Source: an uncultured Armatimonadetes bacterium
Lineage (GTDB): Bacteria; Armatimonadota; Hebobacteria; Hebobacterales; Hebobacteraceae
Direction of reading: 5' to 3'
Length of the DNA stretch: 64,000 nucleotides
Assembly: GCA_963716175.1 (NCBI GenBank)
Contig: OY970296.1
Span: 2,784,001 to 2,848,000 of the forward strand
The notes below the pieces were generated by a model that saw nothing but the letters and a program-made list of their open reading frames with translations, did no database searches and was not told where the DNA came from. A program made the position numbers and the translations under genes. Shown here piece by piece: positions 40,706-51,413 of the stretch. Numbering within the stretch: the stretch's first letter is position 1; each line of letters starts with the position of its first letter.

Positions 40706-42101
40706 TGCGGGTGTTGAGGCCTCGTGAGACCGCAATCTGGGCAGGATACTGGCCATCGACGCCGCTCAGGCAGCCAGCTCGTAGACAGTGATTCGCTGCT
40801 CAGGGAAGTGCCGCAGCCGGATCGGGCGCTGGAGCGTCTTCGCCGAGCGATCGGGCTTCTGCCAGCTGCCTCCCGCGTAGATCATCGAAGGAGTCGCGCC
40901 GCCCAGCCGCCGATGGCACCGGTGCTGGTCGTAGTACACTTCGAAGTCCACCAGCAGTTTGCTCAAGTGATCCAGTCCCCGGATGAGCGGCACCCGCGCC
41001 AGCCACTCCCGCTTAAGCGTCCAGATCAGCCTTTCTGTCACCGCGATAGAACCATGCTTGCCCACTGCACCGAGGCGATGCTTGATGTCCCAATCCGTGA
41101 GCAGCTTGGCGAACACCTCGCCCATGAAGATACCCTCCTGGTCGCTGATTAGGTGCTTCGGGGGTCCATGGCGCAGGAAGGCCTCTTCCAGCAGCTCCAC
41201 CACCCAGCCGGCATTGGGGCCTTCCAGCGGGGCGATGGCCGTCACCGCCCGGGAGAAGTGATCGATGGCTACCAACACCCACGTGGGCCAGACTCCCCAG
41301 CGCCACACCCGGGTGCGGTCAACCGACCACACATGGTTGGGATAGCGGGCGATGATCTGCCGCGGCTTCCCCGCCTCCTTTGCCTGGGCGGGCGCGGGAG
41401 TTGATGCCTGCGGTTTCGGGCGCAGGAGAATGTCCCGGACGGTGGTGGCGGAGATGAACACGCCCAGCGCCCACAGCGTCATCGCCATCCGATGCCGGCC
41501 CCACATCGGGTTCCGAGCGAAGATATCCCAGATCAGCTCCGCGATCTCCCTGGGCGTCTTGTTGACGGGCTCGGCAGCCCTCCGGCGACCTCCGACCTTG
41601 CCCTCTTGGAAGGCTCTGAGCCAGCGGTGAACACTTGAGCGAGCCACACCGAAGGTATCCTCGACCCTCCTTTTCGGGATCTGGTAATACCCGATGAGCC
41701 AGAGAAGGCGCAGGCGATCCAGCAGCGGATAGGGCCGTCGCGGCCGCTCCTTCCCGAGCCGTCTCTCCAGCACCTCCAGGCGCGCATCCCGGAACGCCAC
41801 CGCGTCCTCCAGCCTCATGACGCGTGCCTCCAGCTGCGCCACCCGTCCCGCCTCCCCGCGGGCGCAGGCCCGTTCCAGGCTGAGAGCTCTACTGCGGGCC
41901 GCCCACCGGGCGCTCACCACCAGCGCCCGCACCATCAAAGACACCGATGCTTCGTAGATATCCATCTTGCCGACTCCCCAAGAGAAGAGGGAACGGCAAC
42001 CGAAGGCGCCGCTCACCGGTCCCAGATCATACCGGAAGGGAGTCAGCAAAGACAGGTCCACAGCCCGCTCAGAACGGTCCTACGGACGCCCAACACCCGC
42101 A
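40706..42101 (-). mobile_element. rve/integrase-core element, copy 2
   Basis: ORF ending at 40766 is closely homologous to 28342-29556. Perfect 11-bp TIR TGCGGGTGTTG. Confidence 0.88.
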
Positions 42102-42126
42102 AGCGGGAACACAGCTATACGCAGGT

Positions 42127-43686
42127 TCAACCCCCGCGGTGGCCGAATGGGAGAAAGGAGTAGCTAAACCGGTGCCAGGTCCTTCCACCGTCCTGGGACC
42201 GGTATACCCCTCGCCGTGAGCCGGCGTAGATCCTGCGCGGGTCAGTGGGGTCAACGGCGATGCATGATACCGCGCTGCGCAAGGCCCTCCAGGTCACCCC
42301 GAGGTCCTCCGACGCGTAGAGCTGATTCTCGACGAGAAGGTAGATCGTGGGCGGAACGGTGGGCGCGCCGGCGACCCTTGGATCCCCTCCCTCTGGACGC
42401 TTGAGGCGGCGCCAGTGGCGGCCTTCGTCGGAGGAGACCAGCAGACCCCACCAGGTGGCGACCGCTACGATCTCGGGGCTTCCGGGGATGATCGCGATGT
42501 CATCTATCTGCTCACCCGAGTCGTACTCCACATCCACAAGTAGGGGGATAGTGACTTTCTCCCAGGTCTCTCCAAAATCGCGCGTGCGGCATAGCGCCCC
42601 GCGCCACGTTTCCTCGCCGGCCTCTGTCCCGCTGATACCATACTCAACGGCGAGCATGACAACCCCGGGCTGTTTCGAGCTGGCAGCCAGCAGGTAGGGG
42701 AAGGCGCGCACCCGCCCTCTGGCCTCAGTCCTCGGAAGCTTCAAGGGCCGCTTCTCCCAGTCTCCCACTTCACCGCTGCGGTCGACCCACAGCGTCTCAA
42801 AGGCGTGGTCGTGCTTCGCGTAAATGGCGCTCCTGGTTGAGAGAACGTAGTCTGGAGGGGGCAGGCCAGCCACCGGATGCCAGGTCCTACCGGCGTCGCG
42901 GGATTCCAGGAGGTTCGTGGTCAGGGCATTCGGCATTTGAAGGCCCGCCCACACCAGCATGGCATTGCGCACGTCTGCGACCACCATGGTGGCGGGCCTT
43001 CCCAGCGACCCACAGCGCAGATAGCGGAGGATCGTGGTTCCCGGGCCAGCGGCGAAGAGCCCGGCTCGCGTCGCCACGTAGACCCGCCCCGACGGCGAGA
43101 CGCTCAGTTGTTCGATGCTCTGCGCTCGTTCGGCGAAGTCAGTCACCGCGTATCTCCCCATGAACGCGATTCCAGCCGTCACGAGCGTTGCCAGAGTGAC
43201 GCGCATGACTATCCTCGTCCGGCGGTGGGAGACGATAGCGTGAACAATGACGGCCCACATCATCGGCACGGGGAAAGCCGCGGCTGCCACAGTCAGCGGC
43301 AGCGCGACCGACCACAAGAGGATCGACGAGTCTGGACGAGCTCGAACGAAGCATACGAGGAATACGAGCGCGCCGCAGAAAAGGGCTGCCGCCCTGGCAC
43401 CCAAACCGATAAGCAACCAGGAGCACACGGGCCTAGGCGGGCGCGCCTGACGCGCGAGGATGCCTCCTGCCACTGCCGCTACTAGAGGCGTGAGACAAGC
43501 AGGCACCAACAGCAGCAGTCGCAGGTGCCAAGGCCATGGTCCGATGATAGCCTCGTGGATACTGATGATCAGGAAGGCCGCGAGCACTAACTCGGGGAAA
43601 CAGGCGAAGATGGCCGAGAGCAGCGCTGCCTCGACCACGTCAAGTCGCGTGCGCCACACAGAGCGGGGAACTTGGTGCGCCGTCAT
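42127..43686 (-). CDS. Membrane protein with C-terminal BNR/Asp-box beta-propeller
   Basis: About 5 TM helices, then repeated SxDxGxTW boxes. Confidence 0.8.
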   Translation of the reverse strand: MTAHQVPRSVWRTRLDVVEAALLSAIFACFPELVLAAFLIISIHEAIIGPWPWHLRLLLLVPACLTPLVAAVAGGILARQARPPRPVCSWLLIGLGARAAALFCGALVFLVCFVRARPDSSILLWSVALPLTVAAAAFPVPMMWAVIVHAIVSHRRTRIVMRVTLATLVTAGIAFMGRYAVTDFAERAQSIEQLSVSPSGRVYVATRAGLFAAGPGTTILRYLRCGSLGRPATMVVADVRNAMLVWAGLQMPNALTTNLLESRDAGRTWHPVAGLPPPDYVLSTRSAIYAKHDHAFETLWVDRSGEVGDWEKRPLKLPRTEARGRVRAFPYLLAASSKQPGVVMLAVEYGISGTEAGEETWRGALCRTRDFGETWEKVTIPLLVDVEYDSGEQIDDIAIIPGSPEIVAVATWWGLLVSSDEGRHWRRLKRPEGGDPRVAGAPTVPPTIYLLVENQLYASEDLGVTWRALRSAVSCIAVDPTDPRRIYAGSRRGVYRSQDGGRTWHRFSYSFLPFGHRGG

Positions 43687-43756
43687 CCCGCTTGCTGTTT
43701 CGGCACTTCAGTGTAGAGTGTCAGCGAAAGTGGGACAGAAGGGGGTCTTGGGTTAG

Positions 43757-44070
43757 CTACACCTCCGGCATTCCCGCTCTTGTATCTGTGCATCCTCCCC
43801 TCAGCCTTCGGTAACGTTCCCGGCGCGCGATCACGGTGCGGATCTGCAACGCCTTTCGCCGAGCCAGGATCTCCTCCCTCCTCGCAAACCACACACCGTC
43901 CGGGGTGACGTTGTGCAGCACCTCGTGGTAGCGCGCCGAGTTGTAGTGGGCCACAGACTGGGCAATCGCCGCCCACCGTTCTCCCGGGCTCATCCGGACC
44001 ACCAGCTCTACGTCGTCCTTCATGGTGCGCTGCACCCGCCCAGTTTTGCCGGTGGTCTGGGGATGATGGG
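43757..44070 (-). pseudogene. IS3/IS481-type transposase C-terminal relic
   Basis: HPQTTGK..R..RTMK and YN..RYHE.L.NVTP motifs. Confidence 0.75.
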
Positions 44071-44457
44071 AGCGGGACCGTAGGGGCCGCAGCCTGTCCG
44101 TGTCAACCGCCCGCGAAGCCGGCATCAGTGGGGTGCTATCGCTCCTTCCCGGCCTACTCCCTAAGCCAGACGCCCTATGCGGATCCTCCAATCGGCGCGG
44201 GTCGCCCACAGGCAGATGGCCACGCTTACCACCTAATGTCGCCTAAGTCGGAGTTTGCAGCGGGAAAGTAGGCACAGCGTTCGCGCTGTGCGAGTGTGCC
44301 GCACATCAGACCCCGAGGCCGGCAGGCTCCAGGCTCATCTTCTTGAGTTCGGAAGCGCCGCCAGACCCCTTCGCCACTGCAATCCAGGTCCCTGAGAACG
44401 CTGCCTCGGGATTCCCGAGATACCGCAGGATCAAAAGGGTGCCACTGGACGGGACGG

Positions 44458-45846
44458 CTAGGGCTTGGGTTTGTCGTTTGAGGATAGGATGCGCTTCATG
44501 GGATTGTCCTCGACTACGACGTAGCTGGCGACAGCTTGCTGCCCGCCAGGCAGGTCGTGACCGATATGTACTGCGTACCTGCACGCGGGTGGCCACCGCG
44601 TGCCCTGTGGGAATGGGCACAGATAAAGGCCGGCGGGTGCGATGAACATGCCATAAGTGGGGGATCCCCGCCAGAACTGGCTGTCAGCAGTCGGAAAGCC
44701 TGGAGCAGACCTGAGCCGTCGGAGTTGCCGAACATCATCTTCGAGCTCCATCCCAACGCTGTAAGAGTCCGTGACCAAGCTCCCCGGTGCCCGGCACTCA
44801 TCGGCAACCTTCGCCAGGAGTGTCTCAAAGCGAGCGGGCTCACGGCCGTGGACCCAGAGCTCCCGCGCACTTCCCTCCATACGAGGTGCCTGCACTTCGC
44901 CCAAGCGAGAGGCTAGCTGCTGAGCCGCCTCACACCGCGTAACAGCAAGCGCTGATGCAAATGCGCGCGCCATATACCGCTCACCGGGCGGGAAGTCGGA
45001 ACACCGCGCGATGTTGCGCATGAGGGTTTCGCCGGCCTCATAGGAATCAACGTCATCAACGTTGGGGCCGCTGTTGGCGAGTCCGCGCATTGCTGAGGTG
45101 AACCGTCCTATGTCTCCGTATGGTCCAGAGAACGCGGCATATTGCACGATCGCTTCCGCAATCGCTAGCAGGACTAGAGCGGCCACGAAGCGCTGGAACG
45201 CTGGAACCAGCCGGATGGCGCGAGATCGCATTGCGGACGTCACGCGCGCCAGGAACAGCAGCCACGCGAGCGATAGTATCGCCACGAGCCCCAGTCTGAG
45301 CGGTCTCTCAGATGCCCAATACCATAGGAGTACTGACCACGATGGTCGCGATACGAGGGCTCCAGTAGGGTGAGCGTGCGGCCAGATGGAAGTTGGGCTG
45401 ACTATGGGCGAAAGGACCGCACTGATCGGTACGTAGTAAGCGCTCCCATATAGAAGCGCGATCAGCATTAGCTCATATTGCCGCCGCCGAGCGAGGCCAA
45501 AGACCATCCCGGCAAAGCCAAGCAGCACAGCATTCCCGAGCAGCGCACCTAGAAGACTAGTCGGCAGTTCCGTCGACAAGAGAGCGTGACCATTCCCGCC
45601 CGTCAGACGTGCGACACACACAGCGAGCACCGCATTCATGGCGAAGAAGAACACGGGCCCGGTGTATGTGTGCCCGGTCTCCCCCTTCAACTGCCTTGGG
45701 AGTTTGGCCGCGAATACTCGCGGCATGAACACGACATGAGCAAGGGTCCGAGGGTAGAAACCCAGCTCAAGCCACGTGCTCTGCACGACCTGTGTGAGGG
45801 CGGGTAAGCGCGACCAATCGATCATGGCCAGCTCCCTCTTGGCCAT
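44458..45846 (-). CDS. Hypothetical multi-TM membrane protein (DUF3667-like N-terminus)
   Basis: RTL..V.F.P and Y.GPV.FF followed by several TM helices. Confidence 0.55.
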   Translation of the reverse strand: MAKRELAMIDWSRLPALTQVVQSTWLELGFYPRTLAHVVFMPRVFAAKLPRQLKGETGHTYTGPVFFFAMNAVLAVCVARLTGGNGHALLSTELPTSLLGALLGNAVLLGFAGMVFGLARRRQYELMLIALLYGSAYYVPISAVLSPIVSPTSIWPHAHPTGALVSRPSWSVLLWYWASERPLRLGLVAILSLAWLLFLARVTSAMRSRAIRLVPAFQRFVAALVLLAIAEAIVQYAAFSGPYGDIGRFTSAMRGLANSGPNVDDVDSYEAGETLMRNIARCSDFPPGERYMARAFASALAVTRCEAAQQLASRLGEVQAPRMEGSARELWVHGREPARFETLLAKVADECRAPGSLVTDSYSVGMELEDDVRQLRRLRSAPGFPTADSQFWRGSPTYGMFIAPAGLYLCPFPQGTRWPPACRYAVHIGHDLPGGQQAVASYVVVEDNPMKRILSSNDKPKP

Positions 45847-46375
45847 TGCAGCGACAGATTGCTGCCGCTGCCTCCCGGTCCCCCATCATCCACGCTGCTG
45901 TCTCCCCCACCTGTCCTGCCTAGGCAGAATGTCGGTTGCCCGATCATGTCATCGGCTCACTATTGCCCAGACTGGCCCATTGTAACCCGGTGCGGGTCTG
46001 GCGGCAAGGTGCTGAAGGAATCAGAGTGATGGAGCGGCGGGGTTTTGGCATGCTCGAATGCTTGCTGAGGAAGCCGCAAGCCCAGACCGCAGGTTCCGCG
46101 TCTTCCGCTAGGCATTCCGACTCAGCGCGGAAGATTCGACGAGGCTCAGGCTGAACATCGCAAACGTCAGTCAGATGCATCTACTCATAGGAAACTGGTC
46201 TTTCGGTGCTGGGCCGGCCATACGCATTCTCCGCGTTCGCGAATCCTGAGTACGCGCTAGTGTTACTTGTGATGCCGAGATACCTCCTGTGCCTTAGCAC
46301 ACATGTCTCTCATCGCGCGCGGTGGCTACATAAGCGCCGTTCTGGGCCCACAGCGCTGACTCCCAAGCCTTCCGA

Positions 46376-47689
46376 TCAGGCCCGCTCGAATCGCGGCAGA
46401 TGCTGCGCCTGCGCCGCGAGTAACTCGCCCGCCAGCTGCGTCGCCATCTCGACGCTCTTGACCCAGCCGTCAAGGATAAGCGCCTGGATGAACTTCTGGC
46501 GGCTGCACTCTAACGCGGCCTCGATGACCGTCTCAACCCAGGCCAGCCGGGTGGCGAGAGTGCCCATCACACCCGAGGGGAGAGGCCGCTGTGCGATCGG
46601 CTTCAGGCCGCTGCCCGTGGCCATTGCAGGCGCCTCTATGACGGCCTCGGGTGGGAGGTTCGGGGCCTGACCGCCATTGGGCATGTTGGTGGAGAAGATC
46701 TTCCCGCCATCGGTGCGAACGCTCTCCACGATATCGGTCACTTGCTGTAGCTCTCCCTCGCCGCCGGCGTGCTCGAAGTAATCTTCCTCCAGCGGTTCCT
46801 TGGAGAAGGCCCGCTCCCGCATCTGGGCGTAGATCCTGTCTCCGGATGCAATGATGTCCTCAAAGGGATGCCACTCCACGCCGACCTTCTTCCCGCCCAC
46901 TGTCCCGTCGGGGAACAGACTCGGGAAGAATTCCATCACGTGTCCGTCGCCCACCGCGGGAAACGCGCCGAAGACTCTGAGCAACTGCCAGCACAGTGTC
47001 CCAGGCTGGTAGCCCTTCGCTAGCGCCTTGTCAGCGATCTCGCGCAGCCGCGGCATCGCGTCTTGGCCGCGCACCCGCGCCTCGAGGAACCAGGTCAGAT
47101 GGTTGAGCCCAACGGCCGTGTACTGGAAGTCACCCCAATCAGCCCCGACCTGCCTGCATAGGTCTTCCCCGACCGACCATACGCCGCTGCACAGCCCGAT
47201 CATCTGCGCCCCGGTTGCTTTCCGAACAGCACGACAAACCGCGGTCATCGGGTTGGCGTAGTTGAAGAACAATGCCCGGGGCGCCAGGTCGAGGACATCC
47301 TCGGCAATCGCCACCATGGGTGGGATCATCCGGAGACAGCGCGAGGTGCCGCCTGGCATAACTGAGTCGCCCACTGGCTGGTAGATCCCATACTTGCGGG
47401 GGATGAACACATCCTGCTCCCACGCCCGTCGGCCGCCCACCGCAATCGTGGTGACCACCACGGTCGCGCCTGGCAAGATGTCCCGTCGATCTGTCGCCGC
47501 CGAGAGCCTGATGGGAGCTCTCTTGGCCTCGATCACCTTCTTGGAAAGCCCCTCGGCTATGGCCAGGGCGTCTGGGTCTATGTCCACGAGTCCCAGCTCG
47601 CACTCCCAGCCTCGCTTCACCACGTCCGTCACCAGAGCGCCCGTGAACATCGCGCTGCCCGCGCCGACCAGAACAACCTTCTCTCTCAT
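46376..47689 (-). CDS. Glycoside hydrolase family 4 (NAD+/Mn2+-dependent)
   Basis: VGAGSAMF, IPRKYG, NYANP, GLC and GLNH motifs. Confidence 0.93.
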   Translation of the reverse strand: MREKVVLVGAGSAMFTGALVTDVVKRGWECELGLVDIDPDALAIAEGLSKKVIEAKRAPIRLSAATDRRDILPGATVVVTTIAVGGRRAWEQDVFIPRKYGIYQPVGDSVMPGGTSRCLRMIPPMVAIAEDVLDLAPRALFFNYANPMTAVCRAVRKATGAQMIGLCSGVWSVGEDLCRQVGADWGDFQYTAVGLNHLTWFLEARVRGQDAMPRLREIADKALAKGYQPGTLCWQLLRVFGAFPAVGDGHVMEFFPSLFPDGTVGGKKVGVEWHPFEDIIASGDRIYAQMRERAFSKEPLEEDYFEHAGGEGELQQVTDIVESVRTDGGKIFSTNMPNGGQAPNLPPEAVIEAPAMATGSGLKPIAQRPLPSGVMGTLATRLAWVETVIEAALECSRQKFIQALILDGWVKSVEMATQLAGELLAAQAQHLPRFERA

Positions 47690-48070
47690 CGCTTGGCTCC
47701 TGCCTCACGTTTGTCGCCCGAGAAACGCCAGTATGGGGTCACCAGGGACCGGCGAGCTGGCTCTGCGCCATGCCGCACTCCCGCCACCGAAGCAAGCAGC
47801 AGGTGCAGAGATGACCCGGGGCGAACGCGCCAGGTGAATTAGGCGTTCCAGACCGTCGGACCTGCAAAGGGCCGAGGTGGCTAAGCGCGAACGGCGTGGG
47901 CTTGCCAGGAGAGACAGGCAAGCGGATAACGGAGTGTGGGGCCCGGCAGACCCCAGGTGAAGGGAGGTGAAGGAAAGACAGCTGATTCTGTCGTCGACTG
48001 TGATCGGCTCATACTTCGGATGCTTGCGGTGCATCGTTTCGTGAGCTATCCCAAGGAGGTGAGGAGTTCC

Positions 48071-49165
48071 ATGTTGGCACACAGACGACGTGGGTTCACT
48101 CTGATTGAGCTGCTGGTCGTCATCGCGATTATCGCGATCCTCGCTGCAATGCTATTCCCGGTCTTCGCACGGGCGCGTGAATCGGCCCGCAAGATCCAGT
48201 GCCTCTCCAACGTGAAGAACATCGCGATGGCGATCCAGATGTACCTGAACGACTACGATGATAGGCTGTGGCCGGGAGAGACGCGCCAGGAGGTTCTTCA
48301 GTACTTCGCCGAAGGTCCTGGTGGCGGCGACCCGAGCCAGATCTGGTGCCCGGCCTCTGACGGGCAGCGCGCCTACTGGGCCAACCCATACCTAAGGACC
48401 CCTGTACTCCTTGACGAGTACATAAAGAACCGCGATGTCTGGAACTGCCCCAGTTCCCGTATGCGTGCAGGGGCCACCTTTATCGTACCCTACGCAGACT
48501 GGTTTGGGTACCTGAAGGCGACCGAGGGGCAGTGGGGTGAGTCGCAGGGCTTTGGGCCATGTGATCAGTCATGGCCGCAGGGATGGGGCGGCGCGGTCAC
48601 GGACTCCATCGCGCAGCAGCGTCTGGCGGGAGCGATCGACGCGTGGACTCAGAACAACTCCGAACAGAATGCCTTCGTGCAAAGCATCGGCACGCTCCCG
48701 TGGAAGGACACGGGTGCTGGGTTCAGCGGCCTGCGCAGCATGTCTCAGGTTGGGGATGCCGCCTCATTCGTCGTATGCGGAGATGCCGGACCGTGGACCG
48801 ACTACTATGACGGCCTCGGTCCCGCGGCCTATCCAGACATCTGCGCCGCTGAGTGTGGGAACGAGATCTGCGCCTCGGCGGACTGGGCGAACTGCTCCGA
48901 CGCGGCGAGTTGCGGGCTGGTGGCCCCCAAAGACTTCCTGTCCAAGCCTGACTTGATGAGGAAGTACACCCGGCATATGGGTGGCAGTAACCTCGGCTTC
49001 CTCGATGGGCACGCACAGTGGGCCGCCGCCGGACAGATCGTCTCAATGGTGGCGAACCGGAAGATCCAAGGCATCTATCCTTGGGGCCCGAATACCCAGG
49101 GGTATGGCGCAATCTGGGCTACCGGCTTCCATCAGTGCTACCCGAATGTGCCGACGCTGTTCTAG
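48071..49165 (+). CDS. Prepilin-type N-methylation / DUF1559 / H-X9-DG protein
   Basis: GFTLIELL and [14 protein letters not shown] motifs; RBS AGGAG. Confidence 0.95.
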   Translation: MLAHRRRGFTLIELLVVIAIIAILAAMLFPVFARARESARKIQCLSNVKNIAMAIQMYLNDYDDRLWPGETRQEVLQYFAEGPGGGDPSQIWCPASDGQRAYWANPYLRTPVLLDEYIKNRDVWNCPSSRMRAGATFIVPYADWFGYLKATEGQWGESQGFGPCDQSWPQGWGGAVTDSIAQQRLAGAIDAWTQNNSEQNAFVQSIGTLPWKDTGAGFSGLRSMSQVGDAASFVVCGDAGPWTDYYDGLGPAAYPDICAAECGNEICASADWANCSDAASCGLVAPKDFLSKPDLMRKYTRHMGGSNLGFLDGHAQWAAAGQIVSMVANRKIQGIYPWGPNTQGYGAIWATGFHQCYPNVPTLF

Positions 49166-49299
49166 GCTGGCTTGAGTTCGCTTGCGGCGAATGGACGGAT
49201 GTGAACGGGCGGAGCGGCCTGCTCGGCGCTCCGCCTGAGCTTCGCGAGCGCTTCCTCTGCAGGCAGATAGCGTAGCGTCCGCGCTCTAGCCAGAGGAGC

Positions 49300-51327
49300 T
49301 TGCCTATGGTCCCGATCGAGAGGGGCAGGAATGGCTCGGCAGAGCCCACCCGTTCCCTGGCGACGGTCAGTAGCAATTCGGAAGGCCGACGCAGCGCGGA
49401 GGCGCGGCTACCGAGACAGGGACAAGTAGTCACCTGGCGGTCCGTTCTCCTTGCCCTCGTGATCATGCCGGCGCAGGCCTGGTGGATCGTCCAGATGGAG
49501 GTGATCCGCAGCAACACCTGGCCCTCAATGCTCTCCCTGCCACTCGAGACGCTTTTCATCGTGCTCCTGCTCGTAGCTGCGAACGCCCTCTTGAGGCGCC
49601 GGAGGCCCGCATGGGTCCTATCCCAGGGGGAGCTCCTGACAATCTACCTGATGCTGGCCATCAGCGGGGTGATCGTTGGCTTCGGGCTCCTCCAGCAAAT
49701 CATCTCGTGGGTCATCGCTCCGGTCGGCCGCGCCAGGCCGGAGAACCAGTGGGACAAGCTTTTCTGGAGCTACCTGCCCGACTGGCTGGTGCTCAAGGAC
49801 AAAGAAGAACTCACATCGCTCTTCGACGGCGGGAGCTCCTTTCTGACTGCCGATCATCTGCGGGAGTGGGCTCCGGTTGCGCTGTCATGGAGTGCCTTCT
49901 TCGTCGCCTTCTTCACGGTCATCATGTCTCTCAACGTGCTGCTGCGCCGACGGTGGATCGAGGAAGAGCGCCTCGCCTTTCCTTTGGTCCAGGTCCCATT
50001 GGCTATCACTGAGCCCGCTGGGAGGCTGTTCCGCAGTCGGCTGATGTGGCTTGGCTTCGGACTGGCGGTGTCTCTGGGTTTCCTCAACGGACTCCATACC
50101 CTCTTACCGAACATGCCGGGCTTCCAACCCGATCTGAGCGCCGCCAACGAAGTCCTGGGCCGACGCTGGAGCTGCTTCCAGCAGCACGGGGGTACGTTCT
50201 GGCCTCCCTATCTGTGGGCCATCGGGGTGTCCATCTTGATGCCCCTCGACGTCTCCTTCTCCTACTGGTTCTTCTTCTGGCTCGTCAAAGTGGAGCAGTT
50301 GCTGACCCTGGTATGGGGATGGGACGTGGCCCCCGATGCGCCCTTCGTCTACCAGCAGGCTGCCAGCGCTCTGGTCGCGATCGGCATCTACGCCCTATGG
50401 TCAGCGCGCCGGCACCTGCTGCAGGTTGTTAGCCGAGCTGTGCGGCCTGGTGCGGAGATGGGTGACTCCGGTGAACCGCTGCAATACCGGTGGGCACTCG
50501 GCCTCCTGGTAGTCTCGGTGGGTTTTCTGAGCGTCTTCGTATCCCGGGCCGGGGCCCCGGCATGGCTCGTGCCAGCATACTTGGGTCTCTACCTCAGTGC
50601 CAGCCTCGCGCTATCCCGGATCCGGGCGGAACTGGGAGCGCCGGCCAACGAGATCCACGACGCCGGGCCGCACCAGGTGCTGACCCAAATCGTGACCCCA
50701 GCGTCCTTCCCCATCCCGGCGCTCACCGTTCTCACGTTGCTGGGGTGGACGTCACGAAGCTACGGCATAGACCCGACGCCCTTCCAGATGGAGGGGTTCA
50801 AGATGGCCGAGCGGACAGGTCTTCGTACTCGAGGCCTCGTGGGCGCTACCTTCGTCGCGGTCGTGGCGGGCCTGGTGTTTGGTTACACCGCTCTCCTCGT
50901 CCCCCTCTACCATCTGGGCGCAGACAGCAGCAAGCTGCAGTTCAACAACAGCGGAGTCTACGCCTTCGCGGAACTCCAGACCTGGCTGACCGGCGTCGCG
51001 CGGGCGCCCGGTTATCGCAGCCTCGCGATGGGGTGGGGCCTGCTTTTCACCTTCTTCCTCTACGCGATGCGCAGCCGGTTCCTGTGGTGGCCGTTCCACC
51101 CGGTCGGATACGTCCTGGCACCGATGTGGTTTACTCATCACCTGTGGCTGTCCGTGTTCATTGCTTGGCTGACCAAGCTGCTGCTGCTCAGGTACGGCGG
51201 CATGCGCAGGTACGTCGCGGCCTTGCCTTTCTTCCTGGGCCTCGTACTCGGCGACTGCGTGATAGGAAGCATATGGGCCCTGGCGAATCTCGCCTTCCAT
51301 ATCCCTACCTTCAGTGTCTGGATGTAG
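49300..51327 (+). CDS. DUF6785/DUF6784 polytopic membrane protein (putative transporter)
   Basis: About 16-18 TM segments; WIEEERLAFPL, RIRAELG, WWPFHPVGY and RYGG motifs. Confidence 0.85.
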   Translation: MPMVPIERGRNGSAEPTRSLATVSSNSEGRRSAEARLPRQGQVVTWRSVLLALVIMPAQAWWIVQMEVIRSNTWPSMLSLPLETLFIVLLLVAANALLRRRRPAWVLSQGELLTIYLMLAISGVIVGFGLLQQIISWVIAPVGRARPENQWDKLFWSYLPDWLVLKDKEELTSLFDGGSSFLTADHLREWAPVALSWSAFFVAFFTVIMSLNVLLRRRWIEEERLAFPLVQVPLAITEPAGRLFRSRLMWLGFGLAVSLGFLNGLHTLLPNMPGFQPDLSAANEVLGRRWSCFQQHGGTFWPPYLWAIGVSILMPLDVSFSYWFFFWLVKVEQLLTLVWGWDVAPDAPFVYQQAASALVAIGIYALWSARRHLLQVVSRAVRPGAEMGDSGEPLQYRWALGLLVVSVGFLSVFVSRAGAPAWLVPAYLGLYLSASLALSRIRAELGAPANEIHDAGPHQVLTQIVTPASFPIPALTVLTLLGWTSRSYGIDPTPFQMEGFKMAERTGLRTRGLVGATFVAVVAGLVFGYTALLVPLYHLGADSSKLQFNNSGVYAFAELQTWLTGVARAPGYRSLAMGWGLLFTFFLYAMRSRFLWWPFHPVGYVLAPMWFTHHLWLSVFIAWLTKLLLLRYGGMRRYVAALPFFLGLVLGDCVIGSIWALANLAFHIPTFSVWM

Positions 51328-51413
51328 CGGGTCCACGTCGGACCACGTGGCCGACAACTTGACTCGGTAAGCGGACCTGCACCATGCGGGATATCAGAGA
51401 AAGGGAATGTGAT

